Positions 54,797-64,000 of a DNA stretch of 64,000 nt are shown here, piece after piece; the first letter of the stretch is position 1; every line of letters begins with the position of its first letter. The stretch comes from an uncultured virus (IMG/VR IMGVR_UViG_3300008952_002242) (lineage: Duplodnaviria; Heunggongvirae; Uroviricota; Caudoviricetes). The stretch covers positions 1 to 64,000 of IMG/VR virus record IMGVR_UViG_3300008952_002242; one strand, written 5' to 3'. The notes below the pieces were generated by a model. The model was not told where the DNA came from and made no database searches. It worked only from the letters and a program-made list of their open reading frames with translations. Made by a program: the position numbers and the translations under genes.

Positions 54797-55529
54797 ATAA
54801 TTCTTTAAATAATTCGTTAGCCTTCTTAGACTTCTCTGTAACTTCCTCTTTTACTTTTGGTTTTTGTGGTGGTGTATTCCAATCACCCCTTTTCCACATA
54901 TCAAATTCAATATGAGTCGCCATACTATCAGCCTGATGTAATATATAAGCTATATTGGTTCTTAATGATCTCTCTGGTGTCCAACCTATATAATAACTTT
55001 TATTAGCTTCTTCATAAAGCCCATCTGTCAATCTTAACCCAATATACTCATTATCTGTCATTTTGATATTAAAGTGTTGTAATAACCAAATAGATCTATC
55101 AGTTACAGTCATATACTGTAAGTTAGGATTATGTTTATAGATTAACCCTTGGTTCTTACGATGCCAATCTGAATCATTTATAATATAATAATCTTCACCC
55201 AAATCACCAACCTTACCCAAATCATGATGTAGAGCAGCAAACACCAATTCTTCATGAGTAAAATTTATAGTAGCACCATTTGTCTTCCATACCCCAGCCA
55301 ATTGAATAGCAAATTCTGTAACATTCAAAACATGCTCAACATAACCACCAGCATAGGCACTATGATAATGTTCTCTACCACTGGCAGGTGCTAAAGCCAT
55401 TCGTTCTTCAAAATAATCATACATCTCCAACATATTTGTTAATCTCTCGCCTTCAAATGTAGTATTGATTAAATCAATAAGTTTATCCCAATTATTTTCA
55501 AGTTGTTCTGCTGTTAATTCTTTTATCAT
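54786..55529 (-). CDS. HD-domain phosphohydrolase (YhaM-like)
   Basis: APASGREHYHSAYAGGYVEHVLNV...AALHHDLGKVG...LHQADSMA. Confidence 0.85.
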   Translation of the reverse strand: MIKELTAEQLENNWDKLIDLINTTFEGERLTNMLEMYDYFEERMALAPASGREHYHSAYAGGYVEHVLNVTEFAIQLAGVWKTNGATINFTHEELVFAALHHDLGKVGDLGEDYYIINDSDWHRKNQGLIYKHNPNLQYMTVTDRSIWLLQHFNIKMTDNEYIGLRLTDGLYEEANKSYYIGWTPERSLRTNIAYILHQADSMATHIEFDMWKRGDWNTPPQKPKVKEEVTEKSKKANELFKELFDD

Positions 55530-55533
55530 TTTA

Positions 55534-56184
55534 TTACCTTATTATTTCAATGTTTGATGTTAAAACCACTCTCCTACTATCAGAAAAGTTCATTCCCGAC
55601 CTATGTAATAACCAACCAGGAAACATAAAGACATCCCCAATCTTACATGGTATTGCTTTCCATCCTACTGCAGCTAATGAATTATACTCATTAGCTCTTA
55701 TCATAAATTCAGGATCCATAAACCATATATCTCCAGAATTATTATCTTTGTTTAGGTACATGGTTAAAACTAAAGTTGTTGTCCCATGATGATGTTCAAG
55801 GGTTTCTCCACCTTTTAAATGCTCATTAGCCCAAGTTTTCTTAAAATCCCAACCAACGCCATATGATTCATTAACTTCATAAGACCACATTGATAAAACA
55901 TCTTTTATTCTTGGTAGACTCCATTTAAAATAATCTGCAAATTTTGGATTAATATGTAATTGATTATCCAAGTCTACTGTACTTTTAGCTTTGCCAGTCT
56001 CTAAACCTATATTCCCATATTCAATCTGATTAAATAATATATCAACTTCATCCATCATAGGTTTTAAATCCCCATCATAATGAGATTTAAAAACTAATGG
56101 GTTGCTTAATCTTATAGGTTCAACTAGACCCAACCCTTCATTTAAATAATCTGGATATTGCATAACATTTACGGGTTGACTCAT
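55534..56184 (-). CDS. 2OG-Fe(II) oxygenase (TIGR02466-like)
   Basis: WANEHLKGGETLEHHH...GDIWFMDP...GDVFMFPGWLLHRS...RVVLTSN. Confidence 0.85.
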   Translation of the reverse strand: MSQPVNVMQYPDYLNEGLGLVEPIRLSNPLVFKSHYDGDLKPMMDEVDILFNQIEYGNIGLETGKAKSTVDLDNQLHINPKFADYFKWSLPRIKDVLSMWSYEVNESYGVGWDFKKTWANEHLKGGETLEHHHGTTTLVLTMYLNKDNNSGDIWFMDPEFMIRANEYNSLAAVGWKAIPCKIGDVFMFPGWLLHRSGMNFSDSRRVVLTSNIEIIR

Positions 56185-56777
56185 AACGATACTTCTATCC
56201 CTATTTTAGCTTTATAATAATCTTTACCTTTAAGCTTGGCAACTTCACCACTATTGTAGAGCCTAACTTTTTCTGTAAGTTTCCAAGATATTCTGAATTT
56301 ATCTTCGTATTCAAAATTCTCAATATATGTTTCACCATTTTCATCAGGTGGTAGATACCCATCAAATGATATTTCAACTTCTATAACATCACTACTATAT
56401 TTCTTATTCTTACTTATACCAACTGAAGCAAATGTTTCATACTCATCCAATGCATCATTAGTGGAACGAGTAGTAAATCCCCATGTAGCACCAATCCAAG
56501 TTCTACGCCAGTCCATCTTCATATACTTAATTTTCTGACTTTGTTTATCCATATACTCTGGTTTAAAATAAAGATTATTAGCATCTAACTTCAACCAAAC
56601 CAAATCATCAATATAAGGTTCACCAAGTTCTCGCTCCCATTGACGATTAAAGTAATACGCAGGATGACTCACCCCAATACTAACCTCATAATCATCTGGA
56701 TTTGGTTGTACATTTGGTGTTCTCACCGCAAACGAAGTGAATAACATTACTCCTGTTAATAAACTATCTAATACCAT
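56181..56777 (-). CDS. exported, possibly beta-barrel, protein
   Basis: Signal-like N-terminus; alternating strands; ends YYKAKIGIEVSL. Confidence 0.45.
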   Translation of the reverse strand: MVLDSLLTGVMLFTSFAVRTPNVQPNPDDYEVSIGVSHPAYYFNRQWERELGEPYIDDLVWLKLDANNLYFKPEYMDKQSQKIKYMKMDWRRTWIGATWGFTTRSTNDALDEYETFASVGISKNKKYSSDVIEVEISFDGYLPPDENGETYIENFEYEDKFRISWKLTEKVRLYNSGEVAKLKGKDYYKAKIGIEVSL

Positions 56778-56929
56778 TACTTCTTTTTCCTTGTATATTT
56801 ACGTTTTTTACGAGCACCAAACTCTGATGCTGGTGCCCATTTGGGCTCCCGCACTTTTTTATTATCTAAACTCTCATAACTTCCTATCCAGCTTTTAAGA
56901 GTATCCATTGCCTTCATAAAATTGTTCAT
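56777..56929 (-). CDS. small basic protein
   Basis: Start at MNNFMK after GGAGAG; KKRKYTRKKK tail. Confidence 0.5.
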   Translation of the reverse strand: MNNFMKAMDTLKSWIGSYESLDNKKVREPKWAPASEFGARKKRKYTRKKK

Positions 56930-56930
56930 T

Positions 56931-58292
56931 TTAATCTCTCCATTCATATCCATGTTTTGTAAATTTGATTTCATCATACTTTCTGAGAGCATTCCTATAA
57001 CCATTAAAACCTATTCTAACACCCCATCCAAGGTATTCCAATATTTCTTTTTTAGTTACGAATCTCTTTCTCTCTATGAAATCCCTAATTTTCAATACGC
57101 TTTCAGTTTCACGTACCGCATCTAAGTTAAATACATTATCCCAATTATTAAACCACTTTGATATACGCTCTTCCCACATCATATTTTTAGCTAATGTAGT
57201 AGTATCGTAATCTATCTCACCATCTAACATTGTATTGAATTTATTCTTAAAATCTTTTCTATCATCATATAAGAAAGGATAAGGATCTTTTACCACACTC
57301 GTCATTTCAGGATAACATAATTTATTCGGTAACAAATAAGGAACTCCTACAGAGAATCCATCTGTGGTAGAAATACTCCAAGCAGAATAAGTCTGGAATG
57401 TTCCCACTCCAAATTTAACATTAGATAAAAAATCCATATACTCATTTCTTGTTTCACAGTTAACTTTTTTATTCCAAGGTCTATCTACTTGTGTTAATGT
57501 AGTATAGACTTTAAAATCTTGCCTTTGTTCCCAAATTTCATCAACCACTTTAACGAACCATTCCCATCCAGTATATCCAGCACCTCTATGATTGAACACT
57601 ACTGTTTTATCCTCATACTTATCTCTTACATTAATTCTATCTACACCCAAATAATGTGGTTGAATAATCTCATGTAATCTATTAATAACTTTATCATTCC
57701 AATGATGAGCTGCATTTTCAATCGTTTTCTGTTTTAACCAATTACTATTTACTCCACATTCATCCATCATAAGTAGACCAGCCACACTTTCGTACAATGC
57801 TCTAGCAGGAAAATCCTTATGAACTCCAGCCCTATCACCGTATGGTGCATTTTCAGGTACCTCAAACCAATGTGAATAACCAATAAATTTAGGTTTGAGA
57901 TTTGAATTATTGTATAAGCAATTAGCCATCTGAAGTGTATGTTCTGGCAAATGTGAATACACTATGTCAAAATCATTTCTCTTCCAATCAACATGTGACA
58001 TAAATTGTTTTGTATCAAAATGCTGTCTCATTGTATTGATATATGTCGGTAGTGTGTACATTCTCTGTTCAACATTTGGAAAATTCAAAGACTTAACAAA
58101 TTCTGGTATAAGAAGTGTGAAGTGTATATTCCATCGTTTACTCATATAAGGTAGAACATGCCGTAACACCTCCACCAAACTATCAGCCTCCAAATTATCA
58201 CGATAAGTATAGTTCCCATAAAGCAATATCTTATAATCATATTGTTCATGTTCATATCTATCATCTAAATAATCATTTATATCTCTTATCAT
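56931..58292 (-). CDS. GT-B fold glycosyltransferase
   Basis: DFDIVYSHLPEH, VVFNHR, WSISTTDGFSVGVPYLLPNKLCYPEM (GT4-like C-terminal motif). Confidence 0.75.
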   Translation of the reverse strand: MIRDINDYLDDRYEHEQYDYKILLYGNYTYRDNLEADSLVEVLRHVLPYMSKRWNIHFTLLIPEFVKSLNFPNVEQRMYTLPTYINTMRQHFDTKQFMSHVDWKRNDFDIVYSHLPEHTLQMANCLYNNSNLKPKFIGYSHWFEVPENAPYGDRAGVHKDFPARALYESVAGLLMMDECGVNSNWLKQKTIENAAHHWNDKVINRLHEIIQPHYLGVDRINVRDKYEDKTVVFNHRGAGYTGWEWFVKVVDEIWEQRQDFKVYTTLTQVDRPWNKKVNCETRNEYMDFLSNVKFGVGTFQTYSAWSISTTDGFSVGVPYLLPNKLCYPEMTSVVKDPYPFLYDDRKDFKNKFNTMLDGEIDYDTTTLAKNMMWEERISKWFNNWDNVFNLDAVRETESVLKIRDFIERKRFVTKKEILEYLGWGVRIGFNGYRNALRKYDEIKFTKHGYEWRD

Positions 58293-58300
58293 ATTATCCT

Positions 58301-59086
58301 CTAAAAAAACTCATTCATATATTTTGAAGATTTATAGGCATCTTTTAACCTATATCTAAAATTTCTAATTTTTTTATCATTTATAAAAAGTTCCTCCGCC
58401 ATATAGACAAAACCTGGAAACTTCCCCATTAATTTAATATGTTCTTCATATTGTAATGCTGCAGTTCTAAATGTGGAACACCCCCCACTCGCATAATCCT
58501 CATCTACAGTAATTACAAACTCATCACTTCGTCTAATCTTATATCCTCTCGTAAGTAATTCCAACATCAAATGGTAATCCTCACCCACCTGTACAAACTC
58601 ATGATCTATATCTTCCTTTTCCAATACAGCCCCATCCAAACAATGAACTGAATTAAATGGTGTGAACTCAGTATATTCTTTACCTGATGGTGGTAATGCA
58701 GTAACATTATTACCTATCTGTGGCACTCCATCATCCATCCAAGAATTAAACAAAGAAAACATATCATTAAAGTCTTTGGTTGTCATCAATCTATTTGACT
58801 TTTCCATATTGGATTCTTTACCATAATACTTAGCATTTCTTCTTATGAATTTAACATCATCATCACACATACAAAATCTAGAGTCTTTAGCGTGTTTATA
58901 AATATATTCTCTTGTTTTAGCAATACCTATATTATTTGGAACAACCAAATATTCACAATTATAATCATACTCATCTCTCTCTTGCTCTTGTACTACTAAA
59001 ATAACATTCTTTTGCATATCATTTGGTAAATTAACAAATGTTATTTGTTTATGTACTCTTTTGAAAGTTGGAATGTATATTTTCAT
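58301..59086 (-). CDS. GT-A glycosyltransferase of the TET-associated/glucosyl-hmC type
   Basis: IYIPTFKR, GIAKTREYI, MCDDD, GEDYHLMLELLTRGY, SGGCSTFR. Confidence 0.8.
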   Translation of the reverse strand: MKIYIPTFKRVHKQITFVNLPNDMQKNVILVVQEQERDEYDYNCEYLVVPNNIGIAKTREYIYKHAKDSRFCMCDDDVKFIRRNAKYYGKESNMEKSNRLMTTKDFNDMFSLFNSWMDDGVPQIGNNVTALPPSGKEYTEFTPFNSVHCLDGAVLEKEDIDHEFVQVGEDYHLMLELLTRGYKIRRSDEFVITVDEDYASGGCSTFRTAALQYEEHIKLMGKFPGFVYMAEELFINDKKIRNFRYRLKDAYKSSKYMNEFF

Positions 59087-60681
59087 TTATCTTTTGGGAA
59101 TACTGATTCCGAAACTAATGTTTGCCATTGTTCATATCTAATGTTCCAACCTTTAGCATTCCAAATGTCTACTTTAATTTTTTGTTCTGATGGTAGTTCT
59201 TGGTCTTGTGCAACTATAATCAACTCTTTTTTATCTAACTCCACACAATATGAAGCACCTTGCCAATGAGCTGATGGTAAGTCTTTACCACCCTCTTTTT
59301 TTAACTCAAAGACTTTTTCTACCTTTAGTCCATCAAGAGCAACTATATCAGGTATACCACTTGTACAACCTGAGTATTGATTATCAAAGGTGTATCCATC
59401 AACACCCAAATATTCTCTAAGTTTAGATGAGTCTCTTAATCTTTCCATTAGTTGTTCTTCCATCTCATCTTCATCATAACGATTTGCAGTCGCTGTGGAA
59501 CGAACTAATATTTTCTTACTACGAAGAAACTCAGTAAGTTCGTCTTCAAAGATATCAAGTTCTAATGTTCTTTCAATCGAAGTTTTATCACTTGTAGTTT
59601 CTATACCTTTTATTATGTCGATAGTTCCATAGATACCAGCTTTTCTATCCATAGAAAATTCTCCACCTGAGATTCCGACGCCTTCTTGAGTGTAAGTCAA
59701 TCCACAAAACTGACCACCATATCTGTAAATATTATCTTTGTAAGTATCAGGACAATATTTAGGGTCGTTAGTTTCTTCATAATGTTTGAGCAGATTTTTT
59801 GGGTGTGGAACAAAACCTATTTGTAAGTCCACAATATAACCAGTCTTAGGACATTTATACATTTCATCAAGTTCCCAAACATCAGGCCCTATCACTCTTG
59901 CTTTGTCGATATGCTCATAAGGTTTATTTGTCTCTGGATTAATAACTTTCTCAAAAACAACTCTCTCAGCAGATTTTAGTGGTGTATGTTTTCGACAATG
60001 TTTATGAAATACAACTTTATCGTCTTTCAACCAAATCACTTCAAGTGATATTGTTTTACCTAAATATTTTTTATAACAATCTTGAAATTTTTCAATAAGA
60101 TTTTTTGGGATACGTTTATCTTTAAAGAAGTGTTTCGACTTTAAATCAATGGTTATCATTGAACCAACACCATCAAACTTTTCCCAATCTTGAGTTTCAA
60201 CATTAAATCGTTTTAGTGGTTCATTGCTTTTTACAACTCTATGTCCAACATAGTCAGAAGTATCATCGACTATCATTGAAAAGTAATCCTTAACATCAGC
60301 ATCACGACAAGTTCTAATTTCATCAAGTTCTCCAAGATAAGGAATGAAATATTTTATTCCCATTCCATAACGAGACATAATAGCAGGTGTTGGGAGACTT
60401 ACTCCCATATCCATAGCTTCAGTCATTCTTGTTTCATCCCAACCCGTCATATCATCTATTACATATAATTTCATATTTGTAGTATCAATAACTACTTGAC
60501 CTTTTACAAGTCTGTTATATCTTTGGAAAAAAGTCAGACCAACAATAAAGTTATTGACTATCTCTTTTATAGCTGTATGAATGGTGTAATGACTTGCACC
60601 TAAACTATCTTTACCTCTCTTTGTAAACTTTACATCTCTTGTGTATAAAGTTTCACCAAATGATTTTTTTAACATTAGCAC
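59083..60681 (-). CDS. GHKL/MORC-type ATPase fused to a C-terminal PD-(D/E)xK nuclease
   Basis: AIKEIVNN, IDDMTGW, SRYGMGIK, GSMITI; C-terminal GIPDIVA...VFELKK...QGASY. Confidence 0.75.
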   Translation of the reverse strand: MLMLKKSFGETLYTRDVKFTKRGKDSLGASHYTIHTAIKEIVNNFIVGLTFFQRYNRLVKGQVVIDTTNMKLYVIDDMTGWDETRMTEAMDMGVSLPTPAIMSRYGMGIKYFIPYLGELDEIRTCRDADVKDYFSMIVDDTSDYVGHRVVKSNEPLKRFNVETQDWEKFDGVGSMITIDLKSKHFFKDKRIPKNLIEKFQDCYKKYLGKTISLEVIWLKDDKVVFHKHCRKHTPLKSAERVVFEKVINPETNKPYEHIDKARVIGPDVWELDEMYKCPKTGYIVDLQIGFVPHPKNLLKHYEETNDPKYCPDTYKDNIYRYGGQFCGLTYTQEGVGISGGEFSMDRKAGIYGTIDIIKGIETTSDKTSIERTLELDIFEDELTEFLRSKKILVRSTATANRYDEDEMEEQLMERLRDSSKLREYLGVDGYTFDNQYSGCTSGIPDIVALDGLKVEKVFELKKEGGKDLPSAHWQGASYCVELDKKELIIVAQDQELPSEQKIKVDIWNAKGWNIRYEQWQTLVSESVFPKDK

Positions 60682-61880
60682 TATCTACCCACCTCATTTA
60701 AATACTTTGCCTTTGTTTGTTCCCATGTCTTACCAACAACATCAGCATAAAATAATCTATCAGGTTTTAATCTACCCTCATCAAATAACTTAGTATACCT
60801 TCTGATAGCCTTAGGTTTCCACCAATTATTTATATAATCAACATCACCAGTAAACTTCTTCTTCATAATAAGTTCATCTTCATGTATCTCATTCTGTAAA
60901 AACTCTTTACCATTTTCATATATATCTGAATAATAAACACCTCTTTTAAAACCATGCTCATAATTTGAAGCTCTTATACCCAATTCCTTAAACATCATAT
61001 GAATAATGATACTCTTCACCCCAGTCCTTGGACCAGCAACTCCCTCTTTTTGTACAGTTTTTTCTAAATACTCATCTCTCTTATTCTCTTTCAACCAATC
61101 ATGCCACACTTCATAAGTTGAATCATCCGGCTTCAAAGAAATTCTACCTACAGATTCCCCAAGAGTTTTCCAATGTGGAATGCCATTGTACATTGAATGA
61201 ACACCATAGAGAGCAGTAGTGGTTATGCCTACTAAAGTTTCATCATAAAGTTCTTCCCATTTATTCCTTATAACCGAACTAGTTGTCATAGCAGCAACCA
61301 ACTTACCACCCAAAAAATTAAAACCTAATGGTTGAGTACAACATATAGTGGTAGCAATAGAAGTGTGCCTCAATTTACCATCAGTCAACTTATCTTCTTT
61401 TGTCCAACCAATATGTTTATCTCTAACACCAATTGACACAACATCAGACCCTAAACAAACAACACCTAAGACTTTATCTGTATTCCTATCTTTAATAAAG
61501 AATTTTAAATTCCTACCTGGATTAGCAGTAAACTCCATACTATGAATCAACTTCCTTACTGAAACCCAAGTATCTGTGGACTTAACATTTCCCTGCTCAA
61601 TATATTCCACATAAGGGTCTAACTCTTCTATCTCTTTAATAGTCTGTTGTTTATTGTTTATATCTGTAGGACTCCATAACATATAACCAACATTGAAAAA
61701 CTTATTTGCCTTCTTTACCATTTTATAGGCATCTTTGTTCAACTCTTGCCACTTTTTATATAAAGTAATCTCTTCAACCGACATAGCCTTCAACATATTC
61801 ATATTATCGATAAAGTTATCCCGCTCCCGATCGTAATTAAACTCATCGGGATCGTCAAAAAAATCGTTGAACGCCATCAA
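60681..61880 (-). CDS. DUF4338/DruA-like (GNAT-related) protein
   Basis: NPGRNLKFFIKD, LGSDVVSIGVRDKHIGW, QPLGFNFLGGKLVA, TTTALYG...SMYN...WKTLGESVG. Confidence 0.75.
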   Translation of the reverse strand: MMAFNDFFDDPDEFNYDRERDNFIDNMNMLKAMSVEEITLYKKWQELNKDAYKMVKKANKFFNVGYMLWSPTDINNKQQTIKEIEELDPYVEYIEQGNVKSTDTWVSVRKLIHSMEFTANPGRNLKFFIKDRNTDKVLGVVCLGSDVVSIGVRDKHIGWTKEDKLTDGKLRHTSIATTICCTQPLGFNFLGGKLVAAMTTSSVIRNKWEELYDETLVGITTTALYGVHSMYNGIPHWKTLGESVGRISLKPDDSTYEVWHDWLKENKRDEYLEKTVQKEGVAGPRTGVKSIIIHMMFKELGIRASNYEHGFKRGVYYSDIYENGKEFLQNEIHEDELIMKKKFTGDVDYINNWWKPKAIRRYTKLFDEGRLKPDRLFYADVVGKTWEQTKAKYLNEVGR

Positions 61881-61949
61881 AACCTTTTTATTTGAAATAT
61901 AACCATATTTTAACTTAACACTTTTTATTCAAAATGTCAAGCTTTTTTT

Positions 61950-62129
61950 TTACTTTGATTCTGCTACAGATGCTTTACGATACTCAGTAACTAACTTTTT
62001 GATTTCACCAATAGATTTTCTTGCTCTACCACCAGCGGCTTTGTTACCTTTCTCTACGAACTTATGGTGATCGACTTCAAACGCATCCCATTGTTCTTTC
62101 ATCTGAATAAATATTTCCATGCTACTCAT
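61950..62129 (-). CDS. Hc1/histone-H1-like small protein
   Basis: KFVEKGNKAAGGRARKSIGEIKKLVTEYRK. Confidence 0.75.
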   Translation of the reverse strand: MSSMEIFIQMKEQWDAFEVDHHKFVEKGNKAAGGRARKSIGEIKKLVTEYRKASVAESK

Positions 62130-62213
62130 TATAATTTCCTCAATAATTGTTATTTCTTTCTCAACTATAACCAATGGTTTACGTGGACCAATTCCTCCAC
62201 CCACAATTTATCT

Positions 62214-62600
62214 CTAACTTCCAAATACTTTTTTCTTTTCACCGTGATACTCATATGCGTGTCCGTTCTCTTTTAATAATTCATTTACCGAAGTATCATG
62301 TCCTTTAACAAACAGCTCACCAAGAACTCTACCATACTTACCAACACCATGTGATATAATTGAAAATTTACCATCATCAGAATTTTCTAAAAGGTCCTTT
62401 ACATAAGCTTTTGCTGCTAAACCCTTTTTCTTTTCGTCTAAATTACGAGTTCTACTTTCCCAAGTATCAACACCATAAAATCTTATTCTCACCTTATGCC
62501 ACACATTAAATCCTAAATCAACCATAGCGTCTGCAGTATCTCCATCGACAACTCTGACTAACTTACAACTATATCCATGCTTCTTAACTTGTTTGCCCAC
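62214..62600 (-). CDS. thermonuclease (SNase family)
   Basis: RVVDGDT, IRFYGVDTWES, GKYGRVLG, VNELLKENGHA. Confidence 0.9.
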   Translation of the reverse strand: MGKQVKKHGYSCKLVRVVDGDTADAMVDLGFNVWHKVRIRFYGVDTWESRTRNLDEKKKGLAAKAYVKDLLENSDDGKFSIISHGVGKYGRVLGELFVKGHDTSVNELLKENGHAYEYHGEKKKVFGS

Positions 62601-62612
62601 CTACTTTCTCCG

Positions 62613-63059
62613 TTACAATCGATGATTTAAATAATCATCTCTTTCTTTTATTGCTTTTTTCACTTCCATCTTTTTCTCATTGTGTCTATCTATAAGTATC
62701 TGTTCCTTAGTTCTTCTTTTCCTTTTATTTTTACTTTTAGCTTTCACTTTTGTGGGTTTCAAAGTTCCCTTCAATTTGGGTTGTTCTTTACCTTTATGAA
62801 ATACATTACCATCTTTGTCTACAAACTCTGTCATCCAATGCCAACCGGCTGGTCGTCCTGTTGGTTTGTATCCCTTTGGTTCTTCAAGAGGAAACATTCT
62901 AAACATTGACCTCGTAACATCGGTTGAACATCTTACTGAAACTGCATCTTCACCTACAGCAACATATTCCCCGCAATCGCATTTCATATAATAATGAGAT
63001 GAGCACATCATATATCTAACTCCTTTTTCTGTGTATTCTGGATAATCAATTTTTTTCAC
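62613..63059 (-). CDS. conserved phage protein
   Basis: GRPAGWHWMTEFVDKDGNVFHKGKEQPKLKGTL; N-terminal Cys residues. Confidence 0.6.
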   Translation of the reverse strand: MKKIDYPEYTEKGVRYMMCSSHYYMKCDCGEYVAVGEDAVSVRCSTDVTRSMFRMFPLEEPKGYKPTGRPAGWHWMTEFVDKDGNVFHKGKEQPKLKGTLKPTKVKAKSKNKRKRRTKEQILIDRHNEKKMEVKKAIKERDDYLNHRL

Positions 63060-63109
63060 AACCTTAACATCCTCTAATATAGTTAAATATAACTATATAA
63101 GTCAAGACA

Positions 63110-63292
63110 TTAAATCATTTCAAATTCTGCTTCTATTACTTTTGAACAAATAAAAAGTTTATTACCATTTCTTAAAATGGTGTCAGCCAATCTATATTGT
63201 GATTTCAATTCATCATTATCCAATTTAGTATCGGCTGACACCTCTCCGAGTATCATATAACAATCATCATTTATATGGATGATTTTTTTCAC
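63110..63292 (-). CDS. hypothetical protein
   Basis: Coupled to hsp20 (GTGA overlap). Confidence 0.55.
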   Translation of the reverse strand: MKKIIHINDDCYMILGEVSADTKLDNDELKSQYRLADTILRNGNKLFICSKVIEAEFEMI

Positions 63293-63765
63293 CCAATCTT
63301 AATTGAGTGTTTTTTGGGCTTTTCGGGCGCGGTCTTCGGAATATCTATTGTTAATACCCCATCTATGAACTTAGCTTTGATATTGTCACCATCAAGTAAT
63401 TCACCAAGTTCGAAAGAACGTCTGAATGAAGAAGCCTTTAACTCTCTACGAATTACTTTAGCACCTTCTTCTTCTAAAACTCCATGTTTATCACCTGAGA
63501 TGGTTAATACACCCTCTTCAACTTCTACATTGAGTTGTTTCTTATCGAGACCTGGAATCTCAGCAACTACACCAACTTTATCATCGTATTCATATACATT
63601 GACTTTTGGATATGCTGAACCTTGATATGGTTTGACACCAACCTGTTGTTCAATCTCAGGAAATTGTGCTTCCATCATTGAGTCAAACATTTTATCAAAT
63701 GGGGTTAAAAAATTATCCCTGTCGAAATGTGGGATACCGTGTGGATTAAAAACTAATTTAGTCAT
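63289..63765 (-). CDS. hsp20: small heat shock protein (Hsp20/alpha-crystallin)
   Basis: PKVNVYE...AEIPGLDK...LTISG...SFRRSFEL...IKAKFIDGVLTIDIPK. Confidence 0.95.
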   Translation of the reverse strand: MTKLVFNPHGIPHFDRDNFLTPFDKMFDSMMEAQFPEIEQQVGVKPYQGSAYPKVNVYEYDDKVGVVAEIPGLDKKQLNVEVEEGVLTISGDKHGVLEEEGAKVIRRELKASSFRRSFELGELLDGDNIKAKFIDGVLTIDIPKTAPEKPKKHSIKIG

Positions 63766-63845
63766 TTTATTTCTCCTATGTAGTTAACTTTCGTCTAACT
63801 TAATTTACCATCCCATTTATTTGGCGATGGTATTCGATATAATAT

Positions 63846-63862
63846 ATACAATATCTATACCA
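63846..63862 (-). promoter_or_regulatory. sigma54-like promoter of hsp20
   Basis: TGGTATAGATATTGTAT (GG-N10-GT); TGACA repeats just upstream. Confidence 0.55.
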
Positions 63863-63892
63863 CTTATAAGTATATGACAAAATGACAAACTA

Positions 63893-64000
63893 TTAAGATT
63901 TTTCTATGTCAATCCAATCCCCAAATTCCCCTTCTGATGATTTTCTTGTACAAGATTCCGATATTTCATAATACCTGTCTTCTGTCATTACTCTCCATAT
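63893..64000 (-). CDS. 3' part of an ORF entering from the window edge, or a small ORF
   Basis: Open frame IWRVMTEDRYYEISESCTRKSSEGEFGDWIDIEKS*. Confidence 0.4.
   Translation of the reverse strand: MWRVMTEDRYYEISESCTRKSSEGEFGDWIDIEKS

Noticed and set aside
60681..61880. Complete Druantia defence system
   Set aside because: Only a DruA/DUF4338-like gene is present, with no DruE helicase; the context is DNA modification.
701..63625. The many short + strand ORFs in the ORF track
   Set aside because: Nearly all are antisense shadows of well-supported - strand genes, with no RBS and unnatural composition; only 39683..39877 has its own signals.
1..64000. Genome-wide stop-codon reassignment
   Set aside because: Very long ORFs are intact in code 11, and TAA, TAG and TGA all end genes at tight junctions; only one local TGA is suspicious.

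Overview
This is an AT-rich fragment of a large tailed dsDNA phage, probably a T4-distant myovirus; nearly all genes are on the - strand. In + coordinates, 1-4.7 kb is a host-like cell-envelope module: four type IV prepilins behind a sigma54-like promoter, a CxxC-less thioredoxin-fold protein, an MshEN-domain membrane protein and a probable outer-membrane beta-barrel. 4.7-30.5 kb is a baseplate/tail structural module (gp6-, gp25- and gp5-like proteins, plus large LamG/PKD proteins), followed by a gp55-like sigma factor at 30.5-31.3 kb. 31-56 kb is an accessory region of small genes punctuated by a repeated TTGACT-N17/18-TATxTT promoter cassette. It holds two divergent tRNA-Gly(TCC) genes, a promoter-driven array of unannotated structured RNAs (one about 419 nt), a second structured-RNA locus with an anti-Shine-Dalgarno hairpin, four proteins sharing an MIKLxDLLxE leader (candidate capsid cargo), a MoxR/VWA pair, a Mom-like enzyme, a transglycosylase and nucleases. 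55-64 kb is a glycosyltransferase/DUF4338/GHKL-nuclease cluster plus Hc1-like, thermonuclease and Hsp20 genes. The best candidates for undescribed systems are the ncRNA operon at 34.3-35.0 kb, the phage-borne pilin/MshEN/OMP module and the leader-tagged cargo proteins. All family calls come from motif recognition by eye with no database searches. The host, possibly a marine FCB-group diderm such as Marinimicrobia, is an inference.
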